DNA from: Eledone cirrhosa | Taxonomy: Eukaryota | DNA: 64,000 bases | NCBI GenBank assembly: GCA_964016885.1 | Contig: OZ024742.1 | Coordinates: forward strand, 33,852,001-33,916,000 | Direction of reading: 5' to 3' | Shown: positions 28,248-39,649 of the stretch, piece after piece | How the letters are laid out: each line of letters begins with the position of its first letter | Position numbering within the stretch: the first letter of the stretch is position 1 | Notes under the pieces: model-generated | The model's database searches: none | What the model saw: the letters and a program-made list of their open reading frames with translations, nothing else | Told to the model about the DNA's origin: nothing | Made by a program: the position numbers and the translations under genes

Positions 28248-29129
28248 GATCAAAAGATGGTTAAAAGAGTTCCATATATTTTATTATGCGCATTTCAAAA
28301 ACAAATATCATCATGCAATAGCATTTGTGTTTTCATCAGATAAAATAGGAAGACATGATATGAAGGTTAAAAAACACTTGTGGATAGTGCAGTTTTAAAT
28401 CAACATATGAAAAGTAGTTTTAGATTGATGTGTGATATTGGGGAAAAAAAGAATTTATGTGGGGTGGGTGGGTGGGGGTGGAAAGGATGAAAAAGAGGAG
28501 GAGATGAGAGTAAAAAGTGGAGGGGAGGAGTATAATGAGGAAGGATGAGATAGGAGGAGAGATGGGTGATAGAGAGAGAGAGATAGCTTTTATAACTGAG
28601 AAAAATATATTGTTTTACATAGAGAGGTTGAAAAACCGTTGGAAGATAATGTATAAATTAAAAGAATTTGAAAATTAACGAAGAGAAAAATAATGTAAAC
28701 TTAAGGTTTGTATATTGAAGGGTTTAATAATATGCGCGATGAAAAGAAAAGAAATTGTTAATATGTATTAAGAATAATATTTAAGGGTTTAATAATATGT
28801 GCGATGGAAAGAAAATGTTAATATGTATTAAGAATAGTATTTAAGGGTTTAATAATATGTGCGATGGAAAGAAAATGTTGATATGAAACTGCACTATCCA
28901 CAAGTGTTTTTTAACCTTCATATCATGTCTTCCTTTTTTATCTGATGAAAACACAAATGTTATTGCATGATGATATTTGTTTTTGAAATGCGCATAATAA
29001 AATACATGGAACTCTTTTAACCATCTTTTGATCTTATATATTATGTATACTCCAGTCCTACAAACTGTAGAGTGCTTCTTATCCGATATCTGCATTGCTT
29101 TATTGTACTACAATAAAAACTCACCTCCT

Positions 29130-29131
<2 letters not shown>
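28248..29131. mobile_element. Family I fold-back element with HHRs at 28279-28345 (-) and 28936-29002 (+)
   Basis: Inverted arms, with ~60-bp tandem repeats at the junction (28715-28880). Confidence 0.8.
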
Positions 29132-29175
<44 letters not shown>

Positions 29176-29176
<1 letters not shown>

Positions 29177-29785
29177 CAAGTAAAAATTAGCGAGAATCGA
29201 ATTTCAGCCTATGAAATAACGAAAAAACACCTTCGAATTGTGAGGCAAGCGCTCAATAATTCAAAAGAATTAGAGCTTACAACTTACGTTAAAGGCCAAA
29301 CACACTGAGATGGTGGTTAAACTAATCATCCACACAGCGAAGATTCGATCTCCTATTTCGGGTCAAACAGATATACAGATATGAAAATATATGAAAGCAT
29401 AAATGTTTTATACTCACCGGACCCCTGGAGTGATGGTAAAGTCCAGTGTTGGGGTTTCTGCGGCTCCATAAGTCATTTAATGTCCACTTACATAAAGGAT
29501 GTTAAGTTTCTCGTATCCTGACTGAACTAGGAGTGCGCGTTATCAACGGGATTCAGTTCTAAAGACCACATAGATGTGTCTGTAACTGAGGGAGGCAACA
29601 CCTAAATTAGGCGAATGAATTCATCTGTGTATAATATTGCGAAAATGCAAAATATCACAAATCGAATGAAGCTCTCGACAAAGTGGTTAAATATATCAAA
29701 GCTATTCGGCAGTCAATAGAATAGACCAAAACCAGTCAATAAAATTAACTGGCCAATAGCTAGACTCTGGGGATTAATACAAGTA

Positions 29786-29791
<6 letters not shown>
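29176..29791 (-). repeat. ~600-bp (TA)n-flanked unit with a 15-bp terminal direct repeat
   Basis: tacaagtaaaaatta occurs at both ends; homologue of 19085-19597. Confidence 0.7.
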
Positions 29792-29865
<74 letters not shown>

Positions 29866-29868
<3 letters not shown>

Positions 29869-30259
29869 TATTAAGTTGTTAAACAATATTCAATGATTAT
29901 ATCAAAGAATGAGTTTTACAGTAGATTGGAAGCACTCAACGGCAAATAATTTTCAGGAGTTATTAATATTAAAATATAAGTATTAATAAAATAGATGTTC
30001 TTTTGATCAATTACATTTTATATACATATTTTGGATGTACAACAGTATGTCCTCATCAGACAAAATATAATGATACATGACATACCCTGAGATATTAAAT
30101 GACTACCTTGATTAAATCTTAACCACTTAACATCTCAGGGTATGTCATGTATCATTATATTTTGTCTGATGAGGACGTACTGTTGTACATCCGAAATATG
30201 TATAATAAAATGTAATTGATCAAAAGAACATCTATTTTATTAATACTTATATTTTAATA

Positions 30260-30262
<3 letters not shown>
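29866..30262. mobile_element. Fold-back element, family B, with HHR at 30160-30210 (+) and a mutated copy at 30016-30065 (-)
   Basis: TTTTGT CTGATGA GGAcGTAC tgtt GTACaTCC GAAA TATGTA TA ATAAAA; ~120-bp arms. Confidence 0.85.
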
Positions 30263-30295
<33 letters not shown>

Positions 30296-30402
30296 TATAT
30301 ATATATATGGACATCACCAGAGGGTTATTTCTTTTCCATACATACATATATATGTGCATATATATATGTATATACATATATATATATGCACATATATATG
30401 TA

Positions 30403-30488
<86 letters not shown>

Positions 30489-30583
30489 TATATTAATATA
30501 TACTTATATATGCATACATATATATATATATATATATATATGCATATATATATATGTATATATATATATGCATATATATATGC

Positions 30584-30617
<34 letters not shown>

Positions 30618-30631
30618 GCATATATATATAT

Positions 30632-30920
30632 ATAAGAAGAAATTAAAAGATGGTTTAAAAAGTTCCATATATTTTATTATTTGCGCATTTCAAAAACAAA
30701 TATCATCCTGGGACGATAGTTGCGTTCTCATCAGATAAAATAATATCATATGTTGAGTGGACACTTTCTTGTTCACAAGTGTTTTTTTTAGGCATCATAT
30801 CATGTTACATTATTTTATCTGATGAGAACGCAACTATCGTCCCAGGATGATATTTGTTTTTGAAATGCGCATAATAAAATATATGGAACTTTTTTAACCA
30901 TCTTTTAATTTCTTCTTATA
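30632..30920. mobile_element. Family I fold-back element with HHRs at 30672-30740 (-) and 30813-30879 (+)
   Basis: Inverted arms of ~110 bp; same core and ATGCGCAT palindrome with a different stem II. Confidence 0.85.
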
Positions 30921-31025
30921 TATATATATGCATATATATATGCATATATAAATATATATGCATATATATATGCATATATATATACATATATACATATGCA
31001 TATATATATATGTATGCATATATAA

Positions 31026-31087
<62 letters not shown>

Positions 31088-31163
31088 CCGTACGCTAAAA
31101 CTATCCACAATACGGAGTATTTGCAGTCTCTAACTTTATTACCTATAACGACAATTTGTTATC

Positions 31164-31223
<60 letters not shown>

Positions 31224-31639
31224 GTGTATATATATATATATATTATTAGAAAGTGAGGTTTTTTTAAAAAATGAAAAATAACCGAGGTATCCTACTTAAG
31301 TGAAAGTATAAAGAAAAAAAGATGAAATCGAAAATGCAACTGGAGTCTTATTTAAAAAAAAAAATATATATTTATTTGGTTCCTTTACCGGTTTCGCAGT
31401 TCTTCTGCTTTTTAAAAGTAGAGTTGAGATGGGGGGTCTGTGGTTTTTCTCACATCTGGTTGGTCTTTGAATATTACTTGTTTTATATGGATAAAAGTGG
31501 CTCGAAATGCCAGGTTTTTAGAGAAGTAGTTTGATTGGTTGGTCAATAAGTATAATAAAGTTCGCGCCAGTTCGCGTTACAAAGTTCTTCAAACAAGGGA
31601 GGCTCTGGTTGTTTTTTCATATGAGTGTTTGAATTACTT

Positions 31640-32090
31640 TTTACTTAAAAAAGGGGCTCACGAAGGCTTTTAAAAAAAAAAATGTAATTTGATTGGTTAT
31701 AAATGAAATTATGGTTGTCACGTGAACAAGTTCATAAAATTTCGTGCCCCTATTTGGGAATTTGTTTTGTAGCATTTTAGAGAATTTTATGACAATAAAA
31801 AAAGTGGCTCACGAAGGCTTTTTAAAAAAAAATACAATTTGATTGGTTATAAATGAAATTATGACTGTCACGTAAACAAGTTGACTAAAATTTCGCGCCC
31901 GTATTTGGGAATTTATTTTGTAGCCTTTTACAGAATTTTATGACAATAAAAAATGTGGCTTCCGAAGGCTTTTTTAAAAAAATGCAATTTGATTAGTTAT
32001 AAATGAAATTATGACTGTCACGTGAACAAGTTCCGCGCCCGTATTTGGGAATTTATTTTGTAGCCATTTAGAGAATTTTAGGACAAGCAA
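31640..32090. repeat. Three ~151-bp tandem repeats
   Basis: ggct.cgaaggctttt...tttgattggttataaatgaaattatg..tgtcacgtgaacaagtt at about 31656, 31807 and 31958. Confidence 0.9.
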
Positions 32091-32224
32091 AAGAATGGTC
32101 AAGAGAAATGGGATGGGAGAATTGTTCTGGTTCAGTGAATATGGCTAGTTCGCTGGGGTGTCAGAGTTCAGATTTTCTATTGAAATAAAGCAAGTAGACA
32201 TATGTATGTTTATTTGTGTGTTTG

Positions 32225-32792
32225 TGTGTGTGTGTGTATAGGAAGATGATTCTATTGGTAGAAATGGGGGAGGGAGTTGTGTGTGTGTGTATATAGGTGT
32301 TATGTGTGTGTGTGTAGGAGTATGTTGAGATGGAGAGAATATAAATATTTTGTGTGTGTGTGTAGGAAAGTGATTCTATTAGTACAAGTGGGGGAGGGAG
32401 TTGTGTGTGTGTGTGTGTGGGGGGGGTGTTATATGTGTGTGTATGGGTGTTATGTGTGTGTGGGAGTATGTTTAGCATGTTAAGATGAACAGAATATATA
32501 TTTTGTGTGTGTGTGTGTATAGGAAGATGATTCTATTGGTAGAAATGGGGGAGGGTGTTGTGTGTGTGTATATAGGTGTTATGTGTGTGTGTGGGAGTAT
32601 GTTGAGATGGAGAGAATATATATATTTTGTGTGTGTGTGTGTGTGTGTGTGTAGGAAAGTGATTCTATTGGTAGAAATGGGGGAGGGAGTTGTATGTGTG
32701 TGTGTGTGTGTGTGGGGTGGGGGTGTTATGTCTGTATGGGTGTTATGTATGTGTGGGAGTATGGTTAGCATGTTAAGATGAAGAGAATATAT

Positions 32793-32845
<53 letters not shown>

Positions 32846-32865
32846 GAAAATGATTCCGTTAGTAG
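32225..32865. repeat. Minisatellite with (GT)n linkers
   Basis: Recurrent aggaagatgattctattggtagaaatgggggaggg. Confidence 0.9.
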
Positions 32866-32877
32866 GAATATTTTACA

Positions 32878-33797
32878 TTTCTTCTAAGTTTGAATTTACA
32901 CCTAATTGTGTATGGTTGACGGTATATTTAGTCAGTTTCTACATGCTGTTGAAATGTTGGATAAATACTCTATCGGGGCCACCGCGAAGAGGCCGCTTTC
33001 GGTTATTTGTCGAAAGTTTCTTCATAGGAGCCTTTATTCTTATAGCTTGGTCTAATTGATTTTTTATATGGTTAATTATGCTAATTGGGAGAGGAAATGG
33101 TATATATTTTATCTAGTGATTCTAAGAACATGATTTATGATATATTGCTCTGATTATTTAATTTATTAATTCTTCATTGAGCCACAACGTGACCGGTTGC
33201 AAAACATATATATCTATGACTTTATGTATATGTAAATCTTTATATTTAATAATCTCCCGTTAGGTTGAGATACAATTGGGCGATATTGGGCTGCGCTTTC
33301 TAGCAACAAGCCTACAGTAAGCAATTAATCACATTCTTTCTAACTTGACCACTGCCACGTCACGATTCTTAGCCATTTTTTAATCTATTTTTGGCGCGAT
33401 CACTTTGGAAAATTAAATGTCTAATTCTGAGTTCGCTCCTGATGAGTCCGATACTCTGGATATATCCTGTTATTGGATGTCTAAAAAAACGGACGAAACC
33501 ATGGTAGAGATATAATTACGGTATATACACATTTCTTCTAAATTTGAATTTACACATAATTGTGTATGGTTGACTGTATATTTAGTCAGTTTCTAAATAC
33601 TGTTGAAATGTTGGATAAATACTCTATCGGGGCCACCGCAAAGAGGCCGTTTCGATTATTTGTCGAAAGTTTCTTCATAGGAGCCTTTATTCTTATAGCT
33701 TGATCTAATTGATTTTTTATATGGTTAATTATGCTAATTGGGAGAGGAAATGGTATATATTTTATCTAGTTATTCTAAGGACATGATTTATGATATA
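32878..33797 (+). mobile_element. 1.4 tandem copies of a 654-bp unit with one HHR
   Basis: 32881-33143 is repeated at 33535-33797. Confidence 0.85.
33436..33509 (+). ncRNA. Type I hammerhead ribozyme (family J)
   Basis: CTC CTGATGA GTCCG...CGGAC GAAAC CATG GTA GAG, with palindrome ACCATGGT. Confidence 0.88.
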
Positions 33798-34085
33798 TAT
33801 ATATATATATATATATATAACGGCGATGAATTAGTTTTGCGAGTTTTTTTTATATGAAATCGTGTGTCGAAACAAATATTGTTATACTTGGGGAGGGTCA
33901 TATTTGTGTAATATTGCCAGAATTAATAACAGAACACACTCACTGTTTGGTTGGTTTTCGCTTTTCGCTTCTGTGTCTTTTATATCGGTAATCTAATTTA
34001 TTCGGTCCTCAATGTTGCCATTGACTGACCAACGGTCAAAAATAATACAGATACAATATAGACACAAACACATATATATAGTTTA

Positions 34086-34125
34086 TCAAAGTTCTTTCGT
34101 TGCACATCTGCAACATCGTCAGTGG
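34086..34125 (-). ncRNA. HHR-like motif in a PLE 3' UTR
   Basis: cCA CTGACGA tGTTGCA gatg TGCAAC GAAAG AA CTT TG, about 290 bp downstream of the GIY-YIG stop. Confidence 0.55.
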
Positions 34126-34410
34126 TGCTATAGATTCCTCCCGTTGCATTGTATTTCTACGCCATCTTTATTTAGTCTGTTTATATATTTATTTATTTAT
34201 TTGTTTGTTTGTTTATTTTATTTTGTCTTCTTTGCGCATGCGTTTGCGTGTGTGTATAGTGTTTTGCTTGATGTGTGTTCGTGATTGGGTGACTGCGTAT
34301 TAGTTAATGTATTCTATGTTTACTAGTGTGTGTTTATATGTGTTTGTTGTTATTGTGCTTGTGTATGTATTTATTTATTTATTTATTTATCTATTTATTT
34401 ATTTATTTAT

Positions 34411-34888
34411 TTATACTTCTCTTAGATCAGTGTTGTTTGTTTGGGTGTTGTTGTTATTCCATTCATCCTTTCTGTTTAGTCTTGGCCTTCTAAGTTCTAT
34501 TTCACTGGCCTCTCTGATTTGCCTATCTGCTGGGTCATTTCTATGTTTAGATATTATTCTAATTTCTATGTTGTCTATGTTACCGTCGTGTTGTTGTCTG
34601 GCATGTTCGTATAGTACTGACCCGTTTTTTCGTCCTTTTAGTTCCCCCCAGTGTTGGTCTATCCTTTCACCTATGCTACGAGCTGTCTCGCCTATGTATG
34701 TTGTTGTCATGTTTCTGCAAGTACCCTCTGTACATCTTATGCTATAGACTACGTTTCTAGTTTTACAGTTTATCCGGGGGTTTACCTTACATATGATACA
34801 TTTCCTATTAGTACAGTGGGTTTTCTTAAAAGTGTAGGTTTTGCTGATCAGGGATTTTATGGTGGTTTTATGCTTGGCTTTAGGATGT
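34411..34888 (-). pseudogene. PLE GIY-YIG endonuclease fragment
   Basis: Open frame CTNRKCIIC...CKTRNVVYSIRC...YIGETARSIGERIDQH...H...RQIREA...LNRKDEW. Confidence 0.88.
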
Positions 34889-34907
34889 CAGTCACATGAT
34901 GATGTGG

Positions 34908-35172
34908 ACTGACATCCTAAAGCCAAGCAGACGCACTGCCAACAACTTCCAGGCGTCTAACAATGGCATACAACCCTTGTATGGGCTCCGCAAAGACCAC
35001 AAGACAGCCGATGACCCGACAACAGGACCACCAACAAGACCGGAAGGGCGGAGCTAATATAGCTAGCAACTACAGGATCTCCTACTTTCTCTCAATGGTT
35101 ATACGCCCCATAATCAAGATGTCCCCAGATGTATGTGACAGTACAGAGGACCTCCTCAGCAGAATCAGTGAG
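34908..35172 (+). pseudogene. PLE reverse transcriptase N-terminal fragment, inverted relative to the endonuclease
   Basis: [10 protein letters not shown]...GPPTRP / [15 protein letters not shown]...CDSTEDLL (frameshifted). Confidence 0.75.
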
Positions 35173-35244
35173 TGCGTATGTATATACATACTGCTGTATA
35201 CATATACGTATGTACGTATACATACTTATATATATATATATATA

Positions 35245-35360
<116 letters not shown>

Positions 35361-35444
35361 CATATATATGTATATATATTAAATGATAGCATTCTATATG
35401 ACAGCATTCTCCTGGCAACCAATATTTATAGACCCAGTCCGCCA

Positions 35445-35530
<86 letters not shown>

Positions 35531-35533
<3 letters not shown>

Positions 35534-35715
35534 AACCAGTAAGACCCCGACAGCTGAGCTCAAGCCGTTTCGACGGCTAATTCTGAATTAGCCGTCGAAA
35601 CGGCTTGAGCTCAGCTGTCGGGGTCTTACTGGTTCCTATTACCCACTCTACTACCTCAAGTATTGAGTACTTTGGTGCGTTATGGTCCACCTGGTTCCTT
35701 ACCACATTTCCTTCG

Positions 35716-35720
<5 letters not shown>
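35531..35720. mobile_element. Perfect 53-bp-arm fold-back with an HHR 3' half
   Basis: Apex at 35584; GAAAC GGCT tgagctc AGCT GTC ggggtc at 35597-35625. Confidence 0.75.
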
Positions 35721-35758
<38 letters not shown>

Positions 35759-35854
35759 TAATGAAGTGACAGGAGGCTGGATTTGTGTAAATCCTTGAAA
35801 GGTTTATTATACTATGATCATTTCAATGACCGGATTCCGTATGAATCCGGTGAT

Positions 35855-35925
<71 letters not shown>

Positions 35926-36300
35926 TCTAACAAATATATATATATTCTCTAACAAATATATATATATATATTCGTGAGTGAATAATAATATTATTATTCA
36001 CTCACGAATACATTTAAGGTACCCACCAAGTTAGAGCGAAAACACACTTTGTTTATATATATATATATATATATATGTAGATAAATCCTCCAAGAGTTTA
36101 CGGTAGTGTCCAATCCGTATGAAGAACTCAATGTATTCCGGATATCATGGAAAGAAGAGATGCAATGAAAAATCACTTTCGGTGAAAGATAAACGGAATA
36201 CAGAGTCAAGATAAAATATTAAACAAATTGTTTAATATTTTACAAATATGTGCAACATCCCAATGCAACATTCTTTGGCATTCGTCTACATTTTCATATA

Positions 36301-36515
36301 CAGCGTGACCACAAAAACATTCCTTGATTTCAAATACTTATAATATCAAAATTTAAATGGATATTCTTAAAGTATTGGTGGTTACATTTGCATAAACTTA
36401 CAAAGTTTCTTTCCTCATTTGCAAAATTGAATCGATCCCCTAGATGGCAGTGTAATTCAAAATGGGTTTCGTCTACAACAAAGTAGCTGGTGTGTTTTTA
36501 TTTTTGGTCACCCTG
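36301..36515. mobile_element. Tc1/mariner-type MITE
   Basis: TA-CAG.GTGACCA.AAA ... TTTTTGGTCACCCTG-TA. Confidence 0.65.
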
Positions 36516-37129
36516 TATAACGGTCTATTGCCTGGCTGTAGCCATCAAATAAAGGTAGACACAACTTTGGAAAGTCACTAGTAGAGCCGTTGGCTACGTG
36601 CCGTGCAACCTCTATATTTGCCAGGTGTTCACATCATCGCTCATCTCAATAGAAATAGCAGTGATATACTAAGGTCGATTCAATATATAAACTATATAAC
36701 CTTTTAAAAATCTTTTGAAACTTGTTCTACTGTGAGAAATCAATAATCACTTTGTTCAATTATATATAGGCTCGAATTGGCGGAATCCTTGTAGTGTCGG
36801 ATAGAATACCATGGAGCACTTGTTCCGTCATGGAGCACTCTGAGTTCAAATTCAACCGACATCAGCTTTGACTTAATCAGTTAAGTATTAGCTTTCTTTC
36901 GTTTCGTCTCCCCCCTCTCTCTCTCTTTCTCTCTCTCTCCCTCTCTCTGTTTATGGGTCGACTGTAAGTTAGGGGAGTGGTAGTGACACTCTAGCTTATC
37001 ATTATGCACCAAACACCTTCTGCGATCGGACTAAGCCCTTGGCAGAACTCGAGGCAGTGGGAGCTAAGAGGCCAAGCAACAGCTCTAAACATCTTCTAGT
37101 TCATATGTCTGAATTCTACAGTACCCAAA

Positions 37130-37193
37130 CAATGAGAGTGAGAGACGGGGATGAGTTTGGCCCTGTGTAAGAGAGACAGAATATGTGTGCGTG

Positions 37194-37225
<32 letters not shown>

Positions 37226-37383
37226 TGGTTTGTGTATGTGTGTGAAAGAGTGAGAGAGAGAGAGGGGGAGGGAGAGAATGTGTGTGTGCGTCATGATTTG
37301 TGTATGTGTGTGAAAGAGAGAGAGAGAGAGGGGGGAGGGGGAGAGAGAGTGAATGTGTGTGTGTCATGGTTTGTATATGTGTG

Positions 37384-37414
<31 letters not shown>

Positions 37415-37610
37415 GGGAGAGGGAGAGGGAGAGAATGCGTGTGTGTGTTATGGTTTGTGTATGTGTGTGGAAGAGAGAGAGAGAGAGAGAGAGTGAGAAT
37501 GTGTGTGTGTGTGTGTGTGTGATGATGATTTGTGTGTATGTGTGTTAAAGAGAGAGAGAGAGGGGGGAGGGAGAGAATGTGTGTGTGCGTCATGAGATGT
37601 GTATGTGTGT

Positions 37611-37677
<67 letters not shown>

Positions 37678-37760
37678 AGAGAGGGAGAGAGAGAGTAAAT
37701 GTGTGTGTGTATCACGATTTGTGTATGTGTGTGAAAGAAAGAGAGAGAGAGAGAGAGACA
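37130..37760. repeat. Compound (GA)n/(GT)n minisatellite
   Basis: Recurrent catgatttgtgtatgtgtgtgaaagagag units. Confidence 0.9.
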
Positions 37761-38446
37761 GCAAACAGCACATCTGTCATTACGTGCCTGTCATTGCGTA
37801 TCTGTGTAGTGAAGAGAGAAAATAGAGAGAAACGTTCGACTGGATACTAAAGTTATTGCTATAAATATTTACAAAATGTCTGTTATCTCAGTGATACTCT
37901 AACAAAAGTCAATAGAAGCATGAGAATGAGGGTGTTTTTCTCCAGAGAATCGCATGTTGCGAAGTATGAAGTTACACTTCATTAGCCGATCAGACCATTC
38001 ACCAACCATAACCTAGAAGATCTCGACTTCTCACCGAAAGAAAACATTAATATTATTTATTTGTTTATTTCGTTGAATCTAGAATGATTTTCTTACTCTA
38101 CTTTGTTAGAAATGCTCGGGGTGATATTTGATAAGAATACAACGATCTCGCATTCTGTGTGGTTTCAAACGTTGCAGCTTTGAAAACATTAAAAAACTAA
38201 ATAGTGCGAAACTCTGTAGGAAGCTAGACTCTCCAATATAAGGGAGAATCCGTTAATCCCTATCGCTATCATTTTTCTTCTTAAGTTTTCGAGTACTTTT
38301 ATTTATGGACCTGAAAATGATGAAAGGAGGCTAATATGACCTCAGTGGTATTCAAAGCGTAGTGACCCGGAACAGAGGGCATTTAAACCGAATAATTTAG
38401 CCTATATTCATTATGGTTGAAATGCGAAGTATAAAATGTTACTTAC

Positions 38447-39479
38447 CCGTTTGTCATTTATGTTTAACAAGTCCGACTGTTCTGAGCGGCCTGCCAGGTA
38501 TGCAGCTAAATTTGCAGTGTAACTTGCAATCATGAAAATCGCAAGACCTGCCCAAAAGTTCTGAAGTACTTTTCCTGGCCAACTTTTAGGGGATTTGGTG
38601 CGCACGATATGGCCAAAGAGCACTGAATAAACCATAGTGAGTGCTGAACCGAGGGTATAGTTGCGCTCCCGTTTTCTCCCCTTAGGGTTGAGTCCAAACG
38701 GACTGTTCCACTCGAACAGAGACGTTGCTACGGCAGTAACTGTGGCACTAATCACTATGCCGATCCATACCTCCACGGAAAAAGGCATTAGAAAGGCGTC
38801 CATGGAAGTTTCACGCTCTCGTTTCATGGTAATCATGGAGAAACCAGTGTAAAAATACACCTCAGTGAATGTGATATACCTTACCCGTTCAACTGTTATA
38901 CTGAGCGGTCCTGCCACTATATCGACCCGGTCATCTTCCAGGTACATTAACGTGTCATTCCAACTTCCAGAGTCATATGTGTAGTTTCCATCGAAAGGTT
39001 CTTTGAGAAAGAAGAGGATGAAATCAAATTCCATGTCCGTCGCAAGCTTGACCAATATATCTATGGTCACTCCTGTGCAGCAGGAAACACTGAATTTGTC
39101 GTGGTCGTATCGATTAGTAAGCAAGTAGTCCTCGAATGCACTGTCAACATCACTTTCATTGGCTACCTGAACACATGGCACGTACGAATAACAGTCACCA
39201 TCTTCGGAAAAGGCCTCTTTTTGCATGATAAATGGTGGTGAAACTTTGGTAATGATGCTATAAAGTTTACGAAAACGGTGTGTAGCGTTCTCCCGCCGAC
39301 CTGGAAGTTCAGCCCCCGTGCTTAAATTTACATAGAAATTATCGACTGCTCCAACAACGTTCCATATTTTGTCTCCGTTTGGATCTGTGACTAAATTTAA
39401 TATTCGGAAAGTATAGTTGGTATTGTCTTCGGAATATTCCAGTATTTCTCCACTGGATTGAAGGCTCATCTTCAGTTCC
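38447..39479 (-). CDS. GRIN3: Large exon of an ionotropic glutamate receptor, NMDA GluN3-like (S1, M1, pore loop, M3)
   Basis: ORF 38411-39469 contains S1 (DIVAGPLSITVER), FEWNSPFGLNPKGR, pore LFG and M3 SYTANLAA. The acceptor is ttttctctag|G at 39480/39479 and the donor is CGG|gtaagt at 38447/38446. EW.SPFGL.PKGR and Gly at the Q/R/N site are GluN3 hallmarks. Confidence 0.93.
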
Positions 39480-39558
39480 CTAGAGAAAAGAAAAATGCAG
39501 TATTATTACAGAGACCGAAAGAATTTATTCCTAGATAGGAAATATATATATATATACA

Positions 39559-39635
39559 CAGAGTGTCCCAAAAAATGAATACTCACTTTTATTAGAATGC
39601 TGTTGAAGTGTGTATACATTTTTTGGGACACTCTG
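39559..39635. mobile_element. Tc1/mariner-type MITE (second copy at 49247-49346)
   Basis: TIR CAG.GTGTCCCA.AAAATG.ATAC.CACTT in (TA)n; shared core ttattagaatgctgttgaagtg. Confidence 0.75.
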
Positions 39636-39649
39636 TATATATATATATA

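Noticed and set aside
29560-29625. HDV-like ribozyme suggested by GGCAACA-hairpin-CGAA-TGAATTC (similar at ~19165-19225, minus)
   Set aside because: I could not build P1/P3/L3 of correct length in either homologue.
38411-38446. ORF tail VSNILYFAFQP* and Met 39469 as true protein ends
   Set aside because: The tail is read-through past a GTAAGT donor, and the Met lies 10 nt inside an exon with a strong acceptor.
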